A DNA stretch of 64,000 nt from Nitrospinales bacterium (GCA_965223345.1 CBDCWG010000012.1:128001-192000), one strand, 5' to 3'; shown: positions 10,332 to 18,786, counted from the stretch's first letter. Translations and numbers: made by a program. The notes: generated from the letters alone by a model not told the origin.

Positions 10332-10790
10332 TCAGGAGTTGGGGATCTCGATCTCCAGCCCGGAAGGCCGGTCGTAGAGAACCTCGTTGCCGTTCACGCC
10401 GTCGCCCAGGATGTCCCGGTAGATCAGGTCCCAGACGCCGTCCTGGTTCACGTCGATGGCGTAGAACATGGGGCCCTTCTCGGCGATGTAGTAGTAGTCG
10501 TCCCCTTCGTAGCTCACAGAGAAAACCAGATTCTTCGGATTGGACTCCATGATCACTTCTTCGGAATGGGGAGAGAAGTAATGCGTCTTCACGATCCGCC
10601 AGGACTCGAAATCCACCGTGCCGTCCCGGTCGAGGTCGTAGCTGACCTGGAGCATGCCTGCGTGGGACAGGTTCCAGGAGGCTTTCTCCTCGAGAGGCGG
10701 CTCAGCCGTCAGGTACGGATGGCTCCAGGCGATGGCCGGTGCGAGTACCAGAAGGCCGGTCAGGATGAGCGAGTCGATCAGGCGTTTCAT
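10332..10790 (-). CDS. Secreted acidic hypothetical protein with DxDxDG-type Ca-binding motifs, co-regulated with the curlin array
   Basis: Signal peptide (…APAIAWS), DLDRDGTVD and DVNQDGVWD motifs, RBS aggag, own sigma-54 promoter. Confidence 0.75.
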   Translation of the reverse strand: MKRLIDSLILTGLLVLAPAIAWSHPYLTAEPPLEEKASWNLSHAGMLQVSYDLDRDGTVDFESWRIVKTHYFSPHSEEVIMESNPKNLVFSVSYEGDDYYYIAEKGPMFYAIDVNQDGVWDLIYRDILGDGVNGNEVLYDRPSGLEIEIPNS

Positions 10791-10866
10791 TTTATTTTCT
10801 CCTTATGATCAAGTGTTGGTTTCGATTCGGTGGGATGTCGTTGCCTCAATCCCTTGCCCCTCTCTA

Positions 10867-10884
10867 TTGCAGGGGGTGTGCCAA
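10867..10884 (-). promoter_or_regulatory. Sigma-54 promoter (-24/-12)
   Basis: Minus strand TTGGCACACCCCCTGCAA (GG-N10-GC). Confidence 0.85.
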
Positions 10885-11097
10885 ACGAAACGACAAGTCA
10901 AACGCCATTCTTTTCAATCACTTACAAGTTGACCGGCTTTCATTAAAACGGGAAGCCTGCATGGTCCCGGCATGCGCCCATGCATGGAGAGGCGTGCGCC
11001 CGGCCGGGATCGGGTGTTTGCGGGTGCGGATTGAAAAGAGAACACATTGTCAATGGGATGGAGATGAAGCGGGCGATGCGATGCCTTAAAACCGCAT

Positions 11098-11144
11098 AAA
11101 AAAAACCGGGCTCCGGGACCGCGTGGGCGGTCCGGGAACCCGGT
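11098..11144 (-). terminator. Intrinsic terminator of curlin B1
   Basis: Long GC hairpin (ccgggttcccggaccgc...gcggtcccggagcccgg) followed by a U8 run on the minus strand. Confidence 0.8.
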
Positions 11145-11170
11145 GTGGATGAACCGATGTGGCTTGTCAA

Positions 11171-11713
11171 TCAGTCCTGAGCGACGATGGCGATGCCTCC
11201 GCCGTTCTGGATGACGTCGGTCCTGCTGGCAACGCCGGTGGTGGCGACGACGGCGACGTTGTCTTTGCCGACCTGCTCCACCTGGCTGCTGTTGAAGCCG
11301 CCGTTCTGCAGCACGACACCGACATTGTTGTTGCCGAACTGGCTGACGCCGGCGTTGTTCACTTCGCCGCGCTGGTTGACCAGGCCGGTGTTGAAGTTGC
11401 CGCGCTGGTTCAGTTCAGCGTTGTTGACAGCGCCGTCCTGAGAAATGTGGCCGAACTGGAAGTTGCCGCGCTGGCTGATGGCCGCACCATTCAGCGTCCC
11501 TCTCTGAATCGCTTCGGCTTTGTTGTCGGAACCGAAGGACGGCAGGTAGCTGGATTTCGGGGTGTAGCCTTTCTTCATGGGCATGCTGCGGTAGCTCTTT
11601 TTGGAGCTCCACTTCTTCAGGCTTTTGCGCTCCCAGGCTTCGCTGCTGTCAACCATGGACAGGCTGAAAGCCGCGAGAACAGCGAGAGCGATGGCGGTGA
11701 TGGACTTTTTCAT
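11171..11713 (-). CDS. Curlin-repeat secreted protein, class B1
   Basis: Sec signal (…SEA), basic N-tail, then ~11-residue Q-x-G-x-x-N repeats (ISQRGNFQFGHISQDGAVNNAELNQRGNFN). Confidence 0.85.
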   Translation of the reverse strand: MKKSITAIALAVLAAFSLSMVDSSEAWERKSLKKWSSKKSYRSMPMKKGYTPKSSYLPSFGSDNKAEAIQRGTLNGAAISQRGNFQFGHISQDGAVNNAELNQRGNFNTGLVNQRGEVNNAGVSQFGNNNVGVVLQNGGFNSSQVEQVGKDNVAVVATTGVASRTDVIQNGGGIAIVAQD

Positions 11714-11810
11714 TGTGTGATCTCCTTTCAAGGTTTTTTGGTTGTGTGTTGAACTTGAGGTTTGAATCCTTGTTTTTCCGATTCATTCAAATCGTATCTG
11801 CCCTCTATAA

Positions 11811-11828
11811 ATGCAGGCTGCGTGCCAA
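11811..11828 (-). promoter_or_regulatory. Sigma-54 promoter of curlin B1
   Basis: Minus strand TTGGCACGCAGCCTGCAT; palindrome TCCATGCATGGA at 11911-11922. Confidence 0.85.
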
Positions 11829-11998
11829 AACCCAGAGTCCTTTATGAACAATACTTTAAACGTTTTCACGCCTAGCTGGGAACGCGTGAGGTGCATGGTC
11901 GATCACGGCTTCCATGCATGGAGCGATGGGTTGGGCTTAGCTTCGGCGCTGGGAATCCTGCGAATCATTTCCTTCGCCGCTGGCGGCTCGATCACAAT

Positions 11999-12048
11999 AA
12001 AAAAAAACCGGGTTTCGAGACCGCCTGAGCGGCCAGGAAACCCGGTTT
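11999..12048 (-). terminator. Intrinsic terminator of curlin C1
   Basis: aaaccgggtttc...gaaacccggttt hairpin plus a U run. Confidence 0.8.
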
Positions 12049-12077
12049 CTTGGGATGTACGCCAGTACCCCTTGGTC

Positions 12078-12578
12078 TTATCGCTCCTGCGTGATGACTG
12101 CGGTGTTGCCTTTGCCAACCTGCAGGGTGTTTGCGGTGTCACCCACGCCGGTCTGCGTGGTCACAGCGAGGTTGCCTTTGCCGAACTGAGCCGTGTTGGC
12201 GTTGTTGAACGCGCCGCTCTGAACGGTCACGCCGACGTTGGCTTTGCCAACCTGGGTCAGGTTGCTGTTGTTAGCGAAAGAGTTGCCAACCTGCTGGGTC
12301 ACGCCCACGTTGAAAGCACCTTTCTGGGTCGTGGTGGCGTTGTTGAACGCGCCCTGCTGAACCGTCTGGCTGAAGTTTTTGTAGCCGCGCTGGCTGACGG
12401 CGGCGCCGTTCAGGTAGCCCTGCTGAGCTACGGTAGCCTGGTTCTGAGAGCTGTACCACTTGGGCAGGGTGCGGTAGCTTTTCTTCTTCAGGCTTTTGCG
12501 TTCCCAGGCGACGGCGCTGGAAGCGGCGGATACGGTGAAAGCGGCGATGAGTGCGACTGCGATGATGGACTTTTTCAT
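12078..12578 (-). CDS. Curlin-repeat secreted protein, class C1
   Basis: Signal peptide ending AVA; repeats QQGYLN, QQGAFNNA, QKGAFN, QVGKAN, QFGKGN. Confidence 0.85.
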   Translation of the reverse strand: MKKSIIAVALIAAFTVSAASSAVAWERKSLKKKSYRTLPKWYSSQNQATVAQQGYLNGAAVSQRGYKNFSQTVQQGAFNNATTTQKGAFNVGVTQQVGNSFANNSNLTQVGKANVGVTVQSGAFNNANTAQFGKGNLAVTTQTGVGDTANTLQVGKGNTAVITQER

Positions 12579-12672
12579 TTTGATTTCTCCTTTAGGTTGA
12601 GTGTGTGTTGCTGGTTGTTGGTTTTAGTGAGTGTTTGTTGCGATTCTTTCAAATCGTTTCTGCTCCTGTGTA

Positions 12673-12690
12673 TTGCAGGCGCCGTGCCAA
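12673..12690 (-). promoter_or_regulatory. Sigma-54 promoter of curlin C1
   Basis: Minus strand TTGGCACGGCGCCTGCAA; TCCATGCATGGA at 12774-12785. Confidence 0.85.
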
Positions 12691-12995
12691 AATCGATTTC
12701 CCATTAAATACAAAGATTTAACTGCTTTCACCGCATTGCCTCACTCCCGTTCCATGCACGGTCCCGGCAATCCTCCATGCATGGATACAGGGGAGCGGGC
12801 ATGCCCTGCCCCCCATGCAAGCATCACCGGTAGCAAGCGGGCTGGGAAAACGGGAAGCGGGCGAGAGCACCCTCTGCCGAGGGGATATCGGGTTGGTTTC
12901 GGGGACGGGTGTTTTTACACAAAAAAAACCGGGCCTCCCGCCGGTTAAGGCGTGGAGACCCGGATGGGTGTTGAACGTGGGCTCGGTATCTGAGC

Positions 12996-13418
12996 TTAGT
13001 TCTGAGTGATGACGGCGGTGTTGCCTGCGCCATGCTGGTTGATGTGAGCGCTGTCACCCACGCCGCCCTGCAGGATCAGGCCCTGGTTGCCGATTCCGTG
13101 CTGCTGGATCGTGCCGGTGTTGAATGCGCCACCCTGAACGATGTGGCCCTGGTTCGCACAACCGGACTGAGCGATCGCGGCGTTGTTCTGGTAGCCGAAC
13201 TGCGTCGCCGAAGCGTTGTTGCCCGGTGCGAAGTAGCAGGGATCATACAGCTTGTGCTTCGGCTTCGGGGTGTACCCTTTCTTCATGGGCATCTCCATGC
13301 GGTATCCCTTTTTGGGGCTCCACTTCTTCATGCCTTTGCGCTCCCAGGCGACGGCGCTGGAAGCAGCGGATACGGTGAAAGCGGCGATGAGGGCGATGGC
13401 GATGATGGACTTTTTCAT
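12996..13418 (-). CDS. Curlin-repeat secreted protein, class A1 (candidate major subunit)
   Basis: Signal peptide, K/M-rich N-tail, repeats NNASATQFGYQNNAAIAQSGCANQGHIVQGGAFN…QHGIGN; terminator at 12921-12963. Confidence 0.88.
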   Translation of the reverse strand: MKKSIIAIALIAAFTVSAASSAVAWERKGMKKWSPKKGYRMEMPMKKGYTPKPKHKLYDPCYFAPGNNASATQFGYQNNAAIAQSGCANQGHIVQGGAFNTGTIQQHGIGNQGLILQGGVGDSAHINQHGAGNTAVITQN

Positions 13419-13511
13419 TTTGTTTCTCCTTTAGGTTGAGTGTGTGTTGCTGGTTGTTGTTTTGAGTTTGTGTTTTTCCGATTCATTCAAATCGTTTCTG
13501 CCCCCTAGCTA

Positions 13512-13529
13512 TTGCACCCGCCGTGCCAA
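13512..13529 (-). promoter_or_regulatory. Sigma-54 promoter of curlin A1
   Basis: Minus strand TTGGCACGGCGGGTGCAA; CCATGCATGG at 13614-13623. Confidence 0.85.
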
Positions 13530-13834
13530 AATATCTTTCCACTTAAATACAACAAGTTAGCCGTTCCCACCCCCATGCCTCACTCCCGTTCCATGCACGG
13601 TCCCGGCAAACGACCATGCATGGATACTGAGGGCATGGCATCGGAGCGGTGCGGGCGCATCGCGTTTGGATCAACGCGTTTCCGTGTGGGTTTCCATGCT
13701 CTGCGGGATTGAATGAGCCTGCTGGGCTGGGGACGGTCCTAGCGGGGCGGATGTTTTTACACAAAAAAAACCGGGCCTCCCGCCGTGAGGCGTGGAGACC
13801 CGGATGGGTGTTGAACGTGGGTTTGCTATCAAGC

Positions 13835-14248
13835 TCAGTTCTGGGTGATGACTGCAGAGTTGCCAATGCCGTGCTGGTTGATGTGAGCGCTGTCACCCAC
13901 GCCGCCCTGCAGGATCAGGCCCTGGTTGCCAATCCCGTGCTGCTGGATCGAACCGTTGTTGAACGCGCCACCCTGAACGATGTGGCCCTGGTTGGCACAA
14001 CCGGACTGAGCAACGGCTGCGTTGTTCTGGTAGCCGAACTGCGTGGCGGAAGCGTTGTTGCCCGGCAGGAAGTAGCAGGGATCAAAGTGACGCTTCGGGG
14101 TCAGGCTGCGCTTCATGGGCATCTCCATGCGATAGCCTTTTTTGGGGCTCCACTTCTTCATGCCTTTGCGCTCCCAGGCAACGGCGCTGGAAGCAGCGGA
14201 TACGGTGAAAGCAGCGACGAGGGCGATTGCGATGATGGACTTTTTCAT
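13835..14248 (-). CDS. Curlin-repeat secreted protein, class A2
   Basis: Near-identical to A1; start MKKSII after RBS aggag; terminator at 13763-13803. Confidence 0.88.
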   Translation of the reverse strand: MKKSIIAIALVAAFTVSAASSAVAWERKGMKKWSPKKGYRMEMPMKRSLTPKRHFDPCYFLPGNNASATQFGYQNNAAVAQSGCANQGHIVQGGAFNNGSIQQHGIGNQGLILQGGVGDSAHINQHGIGNSAVITQN

Positions 14249-14341
14249 TTTGGTTTCTCCTTTGGGTTGAGTGTTTTGTTGATTCATGTTTTTAAGTTTG
14301 TGTTCGTTGCGATTGTTTCAAATCGCTTCTGCCCATAGCTA

Positions 14342-14359
14342 TTGCAGACGCCATGCCAA
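14342..14359 (-). promoter_or_regulatory. Sigma-54 promoter of curlin A2
   Basis: Minus strand TTGGCATGGCGTCTGCAA; CCATGCATGA at 14444-14453. Confidence 0.8.
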
Positions 14360-14560
14360 AATCGAACCCCCCTTAAACACAACAACTTAACCGTTCCCAC
14401 CCCAAAGCATCACACAAGTTCCATGCACGGTCCCGGCAAGCGACCATGCATGAACATCCACAGGGCATGGAGAATCCGATCGACAAACAAATGTTAGAAA
14501 AAGAAAGCCGGCGGGAGGTCTACGGGGAAACGCGGGATGGAAAGCGGGACGCTTGCGCGC

Positions 14561-14606
14561 AAAAAAAACCGGGCCCCTGGACCGCGTGCGCGATCCGGGA
14601 GCCCGG
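14561..14606 (-). terminator. Intrinsic terminator after curlin B2
   Basis: ccgggc...gcccgg hairpin plus U8 on the minus strand. Confidence 0.75.
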
Positions 14607-14624
14607 CTGTGCTCCAGATATTAC

Positions 14625-15167
14625 TTATTTTCCATCTTGAGCGACGATGGCGATGTTGTTGCCATCTTTCTGCTGTACCTGGGTCTGATTGGCAATGCTG
14701 CCTTTGGTGCCGACGATCGCGACATTGTTGTTGCCGGCCTGGTCCACACCACTGGTGTTGATCTTGCCTTGCTGCAGCACAATACCGGCATTGGCGTTGC
14801 CTTGCTGGCTCAGTCGGGCGTTGTTCACGTCCCCCTTCTGATTCACCAGACCGGTATTGAAGTTGCCTTTCTGTCTCAGTTCCGCATCATTGACACTGCC
14901 TCTCTGATTGATGTTGCCGAACTGAAAGTTGCCCTTCTGGCTGATGGCGCCCTGGTTGACGGCGCCGTTCTGCATAATTTCAGCCTTGCTGTTGGAACGG
15001 AAAGACCTCTGGTTCGAGCGCTGCCCCATCTGTTTCATGGGAGCGTTCTTGCCGATACCTTTGTTGTTCCATTTCTGCATTCCCTTTCGGTCTCCGGCTT
15101 GTGCGCTGAGAACAGCGCAAAACACGAAGGCAGCCGCAAGGGATCCGACTAAAATAGTCTTTTTCAC
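14625..15167 (-). CDS. Curlin-repeat secreted protein, class B2
   Basis: GTG start after RBS aggag; paralog of B1 (ISQKGNFQFGNINQRGSVNDAELRQKGNFNTGLVNQKG). Confidence 0.85.
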   Translation of the reverse strand: MKKTILVGSLAAAFVFCAVLSAQAGDRKGMQKWNNKGIGKNAPMKQMGQRSNQRSFRSNSKAEIMQNGAVNQGAISQKGNFQFGNINQRGSVNDAELRQKGNFNTGLVNQKGDVNNARLSQQGNANAGIVLQQGKINTSGVDQAGNNNVAIVGTKGSIANQTQVQQKDGNNIAIVAQDGK

Positions 15168-15301
15168 TTTTGAAGCTCCTTTCCGGTACAGGTGGCTGTT
15201 ACGAAATAAGGGTTGCTGCATTTTTTCGTATCGATCGTATCTCCCCCGGCCCGCCCCGAAAATCCGGAGCGGACCAGGATAGATGCCTGACCGGGTCCTG
15301 C

Positions 15302-15880
15302 TTACTGCTGGTCGATAACGGAAACGTTGCCTTTACCAACCTGCTGGGTGTTCGCGGTGTCGCCCACGCCACTCTGCGTGGTGACGCCGATGTTGCCTTT
15401 GCCGTGCTGGTTCATGTTGCTCTGGTTGAACGCGCCACTCTGGATCTGCGCACCCACATTGGCTTTGCCATGCTGGTTCATGTTAGCGGTGTTACCGAAA
15501 GAGTTGCCAACCTGGCCCTGAATGCCCACGTTGTGCTTGCCTTTCTGGTTCATGTTCGCACTGTTCAACGCGCCCTGCTGAGTCTGAAGACCGAAGTTGT
15601 TGCGGCCGCGCTGATTCATGTTCGCATCATTCAGCACACCCTGCTGACCGATGACGCCCGTGTTCCGGCTGCCCTTCTGTCCCATGGTGGCGCTGTTCAG
15701 AACACCCTGCTGGGTAACGCTCCCCTGGTTTTGCCCGCCAAAATGACGAGGCATGGTTTTGGTTTTACCCATGGAGGAACCCTTATGCATTCCAGGTTTT
15801 TTCCGATCAGCTTCCGCGTTGGAAACAAAAGATGCCGTGAATACGGCCACGATGGCAAGAGCAATGATAGAGTTTCTCAT
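15302..15880 (-). CDS. Curlin-repeat secreted protein, class C2
   Basis: Signal peptide ending AEA; paralog of C1 with extra repeats (QQGVLNSA, QQGVLNDA, QQGALNSA, QHGKGN). Confidence 0.85.
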   Translation of the reverse strand: MRNSIIALAIVAVFTASFVSNAEADRKKPGMHKGSSMGKTKTMPRHFGGQNQGSVTQQGVLNSATMGQKGSRNTGVIGQQGVLNDANMNQRGRNNFGLQTQQGALNSANMNQKGKHNVGIQGQVGNSFGNTANMNQHGKANVGAQIQSGAFNQSNMNQHGKGNIGVTTQSGVGDTANTQQVGKGNVSVIDQQ

Positions 15881-16197
15881 TTGGAACTCCTTTCCGGTTG
15901 AGTTTTTGCTATGAATTCGAGTGGTGTTCAGTACTATTTATTACTTTTTTCAAAATCATTCAAACGGTTTTTTTAATTGGGTTTGCTCACCTCCTTTGGA
16001 TTTTTTGAATACCTTTAAATACAATGCTCCTCCCACCGTCTTTTTTTGCTGTATCCGCATGCCGCACAAACTCTGCATGTGCTCCGCATGTCGGAAGGAT
16101 GGAACCCAGAGGAGCGGGAACGATAAAGTCCGGGCCCCGGGGCCGCTGCTGCGGCCCGGAACCCGGATGGGTCAACAGAATCAGCCTGATACCAAGC

Positions 16198-16620
16198 TCA
16201 GTTCTGGGTGATGACTGCGGAGTTGCCAATGCCGTGCTGGTTGATGTGAGCGCTGTCACCCACGCCGCCCTGCAGGATCAGGCCCTGGTTGGCGATTCCG
16301 TGCTGCTGGATCGAACCGTTGTTGAACGCGCCACCCTGAACGATGTGGCCCTGGTTCAAACAACCGGACTGAGCGATCGCGGCGTTGTTCTGGTAGCCGA
16401 ACTGCGTGGCGGAAGCGTTGTTGCCCGGTGCGAAGTAGCAGGGATCATACAGCTTGTGCTTCGGCTTCGGGGTGTACCCTTTCTTCATGGGCATCTCCAT
16501 GCGATAGCCTTTTTTGGGGCTCCACTTCTTCATGCCTTTGCGCTCCCAGGCGACGGCGCTGGATGCGGCGGATACGGTGAAAGCGGCGACGAGGGCGATT
16601 GCGATGATGGACTTTTTCAT
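16198..16620 (-). CDS. Curlin-repeat secreted protein, class A3
   Basis: Near-identical to A1 and A2, and a mosaic of both. Confidence 0.88.
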   Translation of the reverse strand: MKKSIIAIALVAAFTVSAASSAVAWERKGMKKWSPKKGYRMEMPMKKGYTPKPKHKLYDPCYFAPGNNASATQFGYQNNAAIAQSGCLNQGHIVQGGAFNNGSIQQHGIANQGLILQGGVGDSAHINQHGIGNSAVITQN

Positions 16621-16713
16621 TTTGATTTCTCCTTAGGTTGAGTGTTTTTTACTGATTGTTGGTTTTAGTGAGTGTTTGTTGCGATTCATTCAAATCGTTT
16701 CTGCCCATAGCTA

Positions 16714-16731
16714 TTGCACCCGCCGTGCCAA
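16714..16731 (-). promoter_or_regulatory. Sigma-54 promoter of curlin A3
   Basis: Minus strand TTGGCACGGCGGGTGCAA; CCATGCATGG at 16803-16812 and CCGTGCATGG at 16815-16824. Confidence 0.85.
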
Positions 16732-17155
16732 AACGAAAACGCCTTTATTTATAATTACTTCCTCATTTTTTACGGTATCAATCTCATGCACGGCAACCGA
16801 TACCATGCATGGCACCGTGCATGGACAAACGGTTTGCATGGCAAACGAATCCGGCCGCAAGATTTTTAAAAACAACGCAAACGATAAAGATCGGAGCGCG
16901 CGGCGGGTGTGAACGCGCTGCATGGAGCCGGGGAGTGTCGTCTCGCACTTCGTTTGGGAAAAACGAACACCGCGTCTGAGAAAAACCTGTTCCCGGAACA
17001 GTGTCGTGGTCTGCGTTTGATATGGAAAGAACCCGACGAACGGGAGGGACCGGTCGTTCACAGGCAGGCGGTTTTTGCACAAAAAAAACCGGGCCTCCCG
17101 CCGGTTAAGGCGTGGAGACCCGGATGGGTGTTGAACGTGGGCTCGGTATCTGAGC

Positions 17156-17578
17156 TTAGTTCTGAGTGATGACGGCGGTGTTGCCTGCGCCATGCTGGTT
17201 GATGTGAGCGCTGTCACCCACGCCGCCCTGCAGGATCAGGCCCTGGTTGCCGATTCCGTGCTGCTGGATCGTGCCGGTGTTGAATGCGCCACCCTGAACG
17301 ATGTGGCCCTGGTTCGCACAACCGGACTGAGCGATCGCGGCGTTGTTCTGGTAGCCGAACTGCGTCGCCGAAGCGTTGTTGCCCGGTGCGAAGTAGCAGG
17401 GATCATACAGCTTGTGCTTCGGCTTCGGGGTGTACCCTTTCTTCATGGGCATCTCCATGCGGTATCCCTTTTTGGGGCTCCACTTCTTCATGCCTTTGCG
17501 CTCCCAGGCGACGGCGCTGGAAGCAGCGGATACGGTGAAAGCGGCGATGAGGGCGATGGCGATGATGGACTTTTTCAT
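17156..17578 (-). CDS. Curlin-repeat secreted protein, class A4 (identical to A1)
   Basis: Translation identical to 12996-13418; terminator at 17081-17123. Confidence 0.88.
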   Translation of the reverse strand: MKKSIIAIALIAAFTVSAASSAVAWERKGMKKWSPKKGYRMEMPMKKGYTPKPKHKLYDPCYFAPGNNASATQFGYQNNAAIAQSGCANQGHIVQGGAFNTGTIQQHGIGNQGLILQGGVGDSAHINQHGAGNTAVITQN

Positions 17579-17671
17579 TTTGTTTCTCCTTTAGGTTGAG
17601 TGTGTGTTGCTGGTTGTTGTTTTGAGTTTGTGTTTTTCCGATTCATTCAAATCGTTTCTGCCCCCTAGCTA

Positions 17672-17689
17672 TTGCACCCGCCGTGCCAA
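17672..17689 (-). promoter_or_regulatory. Sigma-54 promoter of curlin A4
   Basis: Minus strand TTGGCACGGCGGGTGCAA; CCATGCATGG at 17774-17783. Confidence 0.85.
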
Positions 17690-18201
17690 AATATCTTTCC
17701 ACTTAAATACAACAAGTTAGCCGTTCCCACCCCCATGCCTCACTCCCGTTCCATGCACGGTCCCGGCAAACGACCATGCATGGAGATGAGCTGGGCACGC
17801 ACACCCCGCACCCATGCAAAGAACGCTGCGGGCGGCATCGGCGGAAAAACCGGGTATGGATGAAAACACACGGCGTGCCGGGACGACCGATACGGCGCAA
17901 GGAAGCCGGGAAAGGATAAGGGGCTTTATTTTCAAAGGAGTATTTTGCAAGGGCGGGAGAGGCCGGCGGGTCTCACGGGATTTTCACTGTGCTCTCATTA
18001 TTTTTTGGCGTAAATCGGGAATAAAGAGATAGCGATTTTGCTGTGAAAGGGTTAAATTTCGGGTTCATATGGGAAAAAGGCCTCAGGCCGGGGATCGCCT
18101 GAGACGCGGGTCTGGCCTGGGAACCGGACAAAAAAAACGGGCCTCCCGCCGGTTACGGCGTGGAGACCCGGTTGATTGCTTTTGGATTGAAGCGCGCTGC
18201 C

Positions 18202-18666
18202 TCAGTCCTGGATGATGACGGCGGAGTTGCTGAAGCCGTTCTGGCGGACGGTGGCGCCGTTGATGTCGCCGTTCTGCAGCACGGCCGCGTTGTTGTTGAT
18301 GCCGTGCTGATTCAGCTGCGTGTCGTTGCGGTAGCCGTCCTGGGTCACGGTGGCGTTGTTCAGCAGACCGTGCTGGGAGACATGCGCGTTGTTGTTGCAG
18401 CCTTTCATGGCCACAGAAACGCCGTTCAGATCTCCGTGCTGAGCCGAGGAAGCGTTGTTGAAGCCGCAGTTATAAGGAAGGTGCATCGGGCTGGTGCGCT
18501 TCATGCCGTACTGCTTTTTCATCATCGGGGCGCGCTTCCAGTCTTTCTTCATCATGACGCCGCGCTGCATCTTGCCTTTGCGCTCGAGGGTCAGAGCGTC
18601 GCTGTTGCCAGCGTTGAGGAAGGTGAATACGGCGACGAGGGCGATGGCGATTGCTGATTTTTTCAT
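18202..18666 (-). CDS. Curlin-repeat secreted protein, class D
   Basis: Signal peptide, M/K-rich N-tail, repeats NNAHVSQHGLLNNATVTQDGYRNDTQLNQHGINNNAAVLQNG; terminator at 18130-18171. Confidence 0.85.
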   Translation of the reverse strand: MKKSAIAIALVAVFTFLNAGNSDALTLERKGKMQRGVMMKKDWKRAPMMKKQYGMKRTSPMHLPYNCGFNNASSAQHGDLNGVSVAMKGCNNNAHVSQHGLLNNATVTQDGYRNDTQLNQHGINNNAAVLQNGDINGATVRQNGFSNSAVIIQD

Positions 18667-18768
18667 TTTGAGTTCTCCTTTGGGTTGAGTGTTGGATTTG
18701 GTTTTTGGTTTTCTTTATTAAATTTCGATGACGAATTCGAAGGATTCAATCGGTCTTGCCCCAGAGTA

Positions 18769-18786
18769 TTGCAGGCGGCATGCCAA
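18769..18786 (-). promoter_or_regulatory. Sigma-54 promoter of curlin D
   Basis: Minus strand TTGGCATGCCGCCTGCAA. Confidence 0.85.

Larger units (their letters stand above)
12918..13624. repeat. Direct repeat copy 1 (~707 bp): terminator + curlin A + promoter + palindrome
   Basis: Appears identical by eye to 17078-17784 (offset 4160); the translated ORFs are identical. Confidence 0.9.
17078..17784. repeat. Direct repeat copy 2 of the curlin A cassette
   Basis: Matches 12918-13624. Confidence 0.9.

Noticed and set aside
16046..16064. Possible sigma-54 box upstream of curlin C2
   Set aside because: GG-to-GC spacing is 12 nt rather than the required 10.
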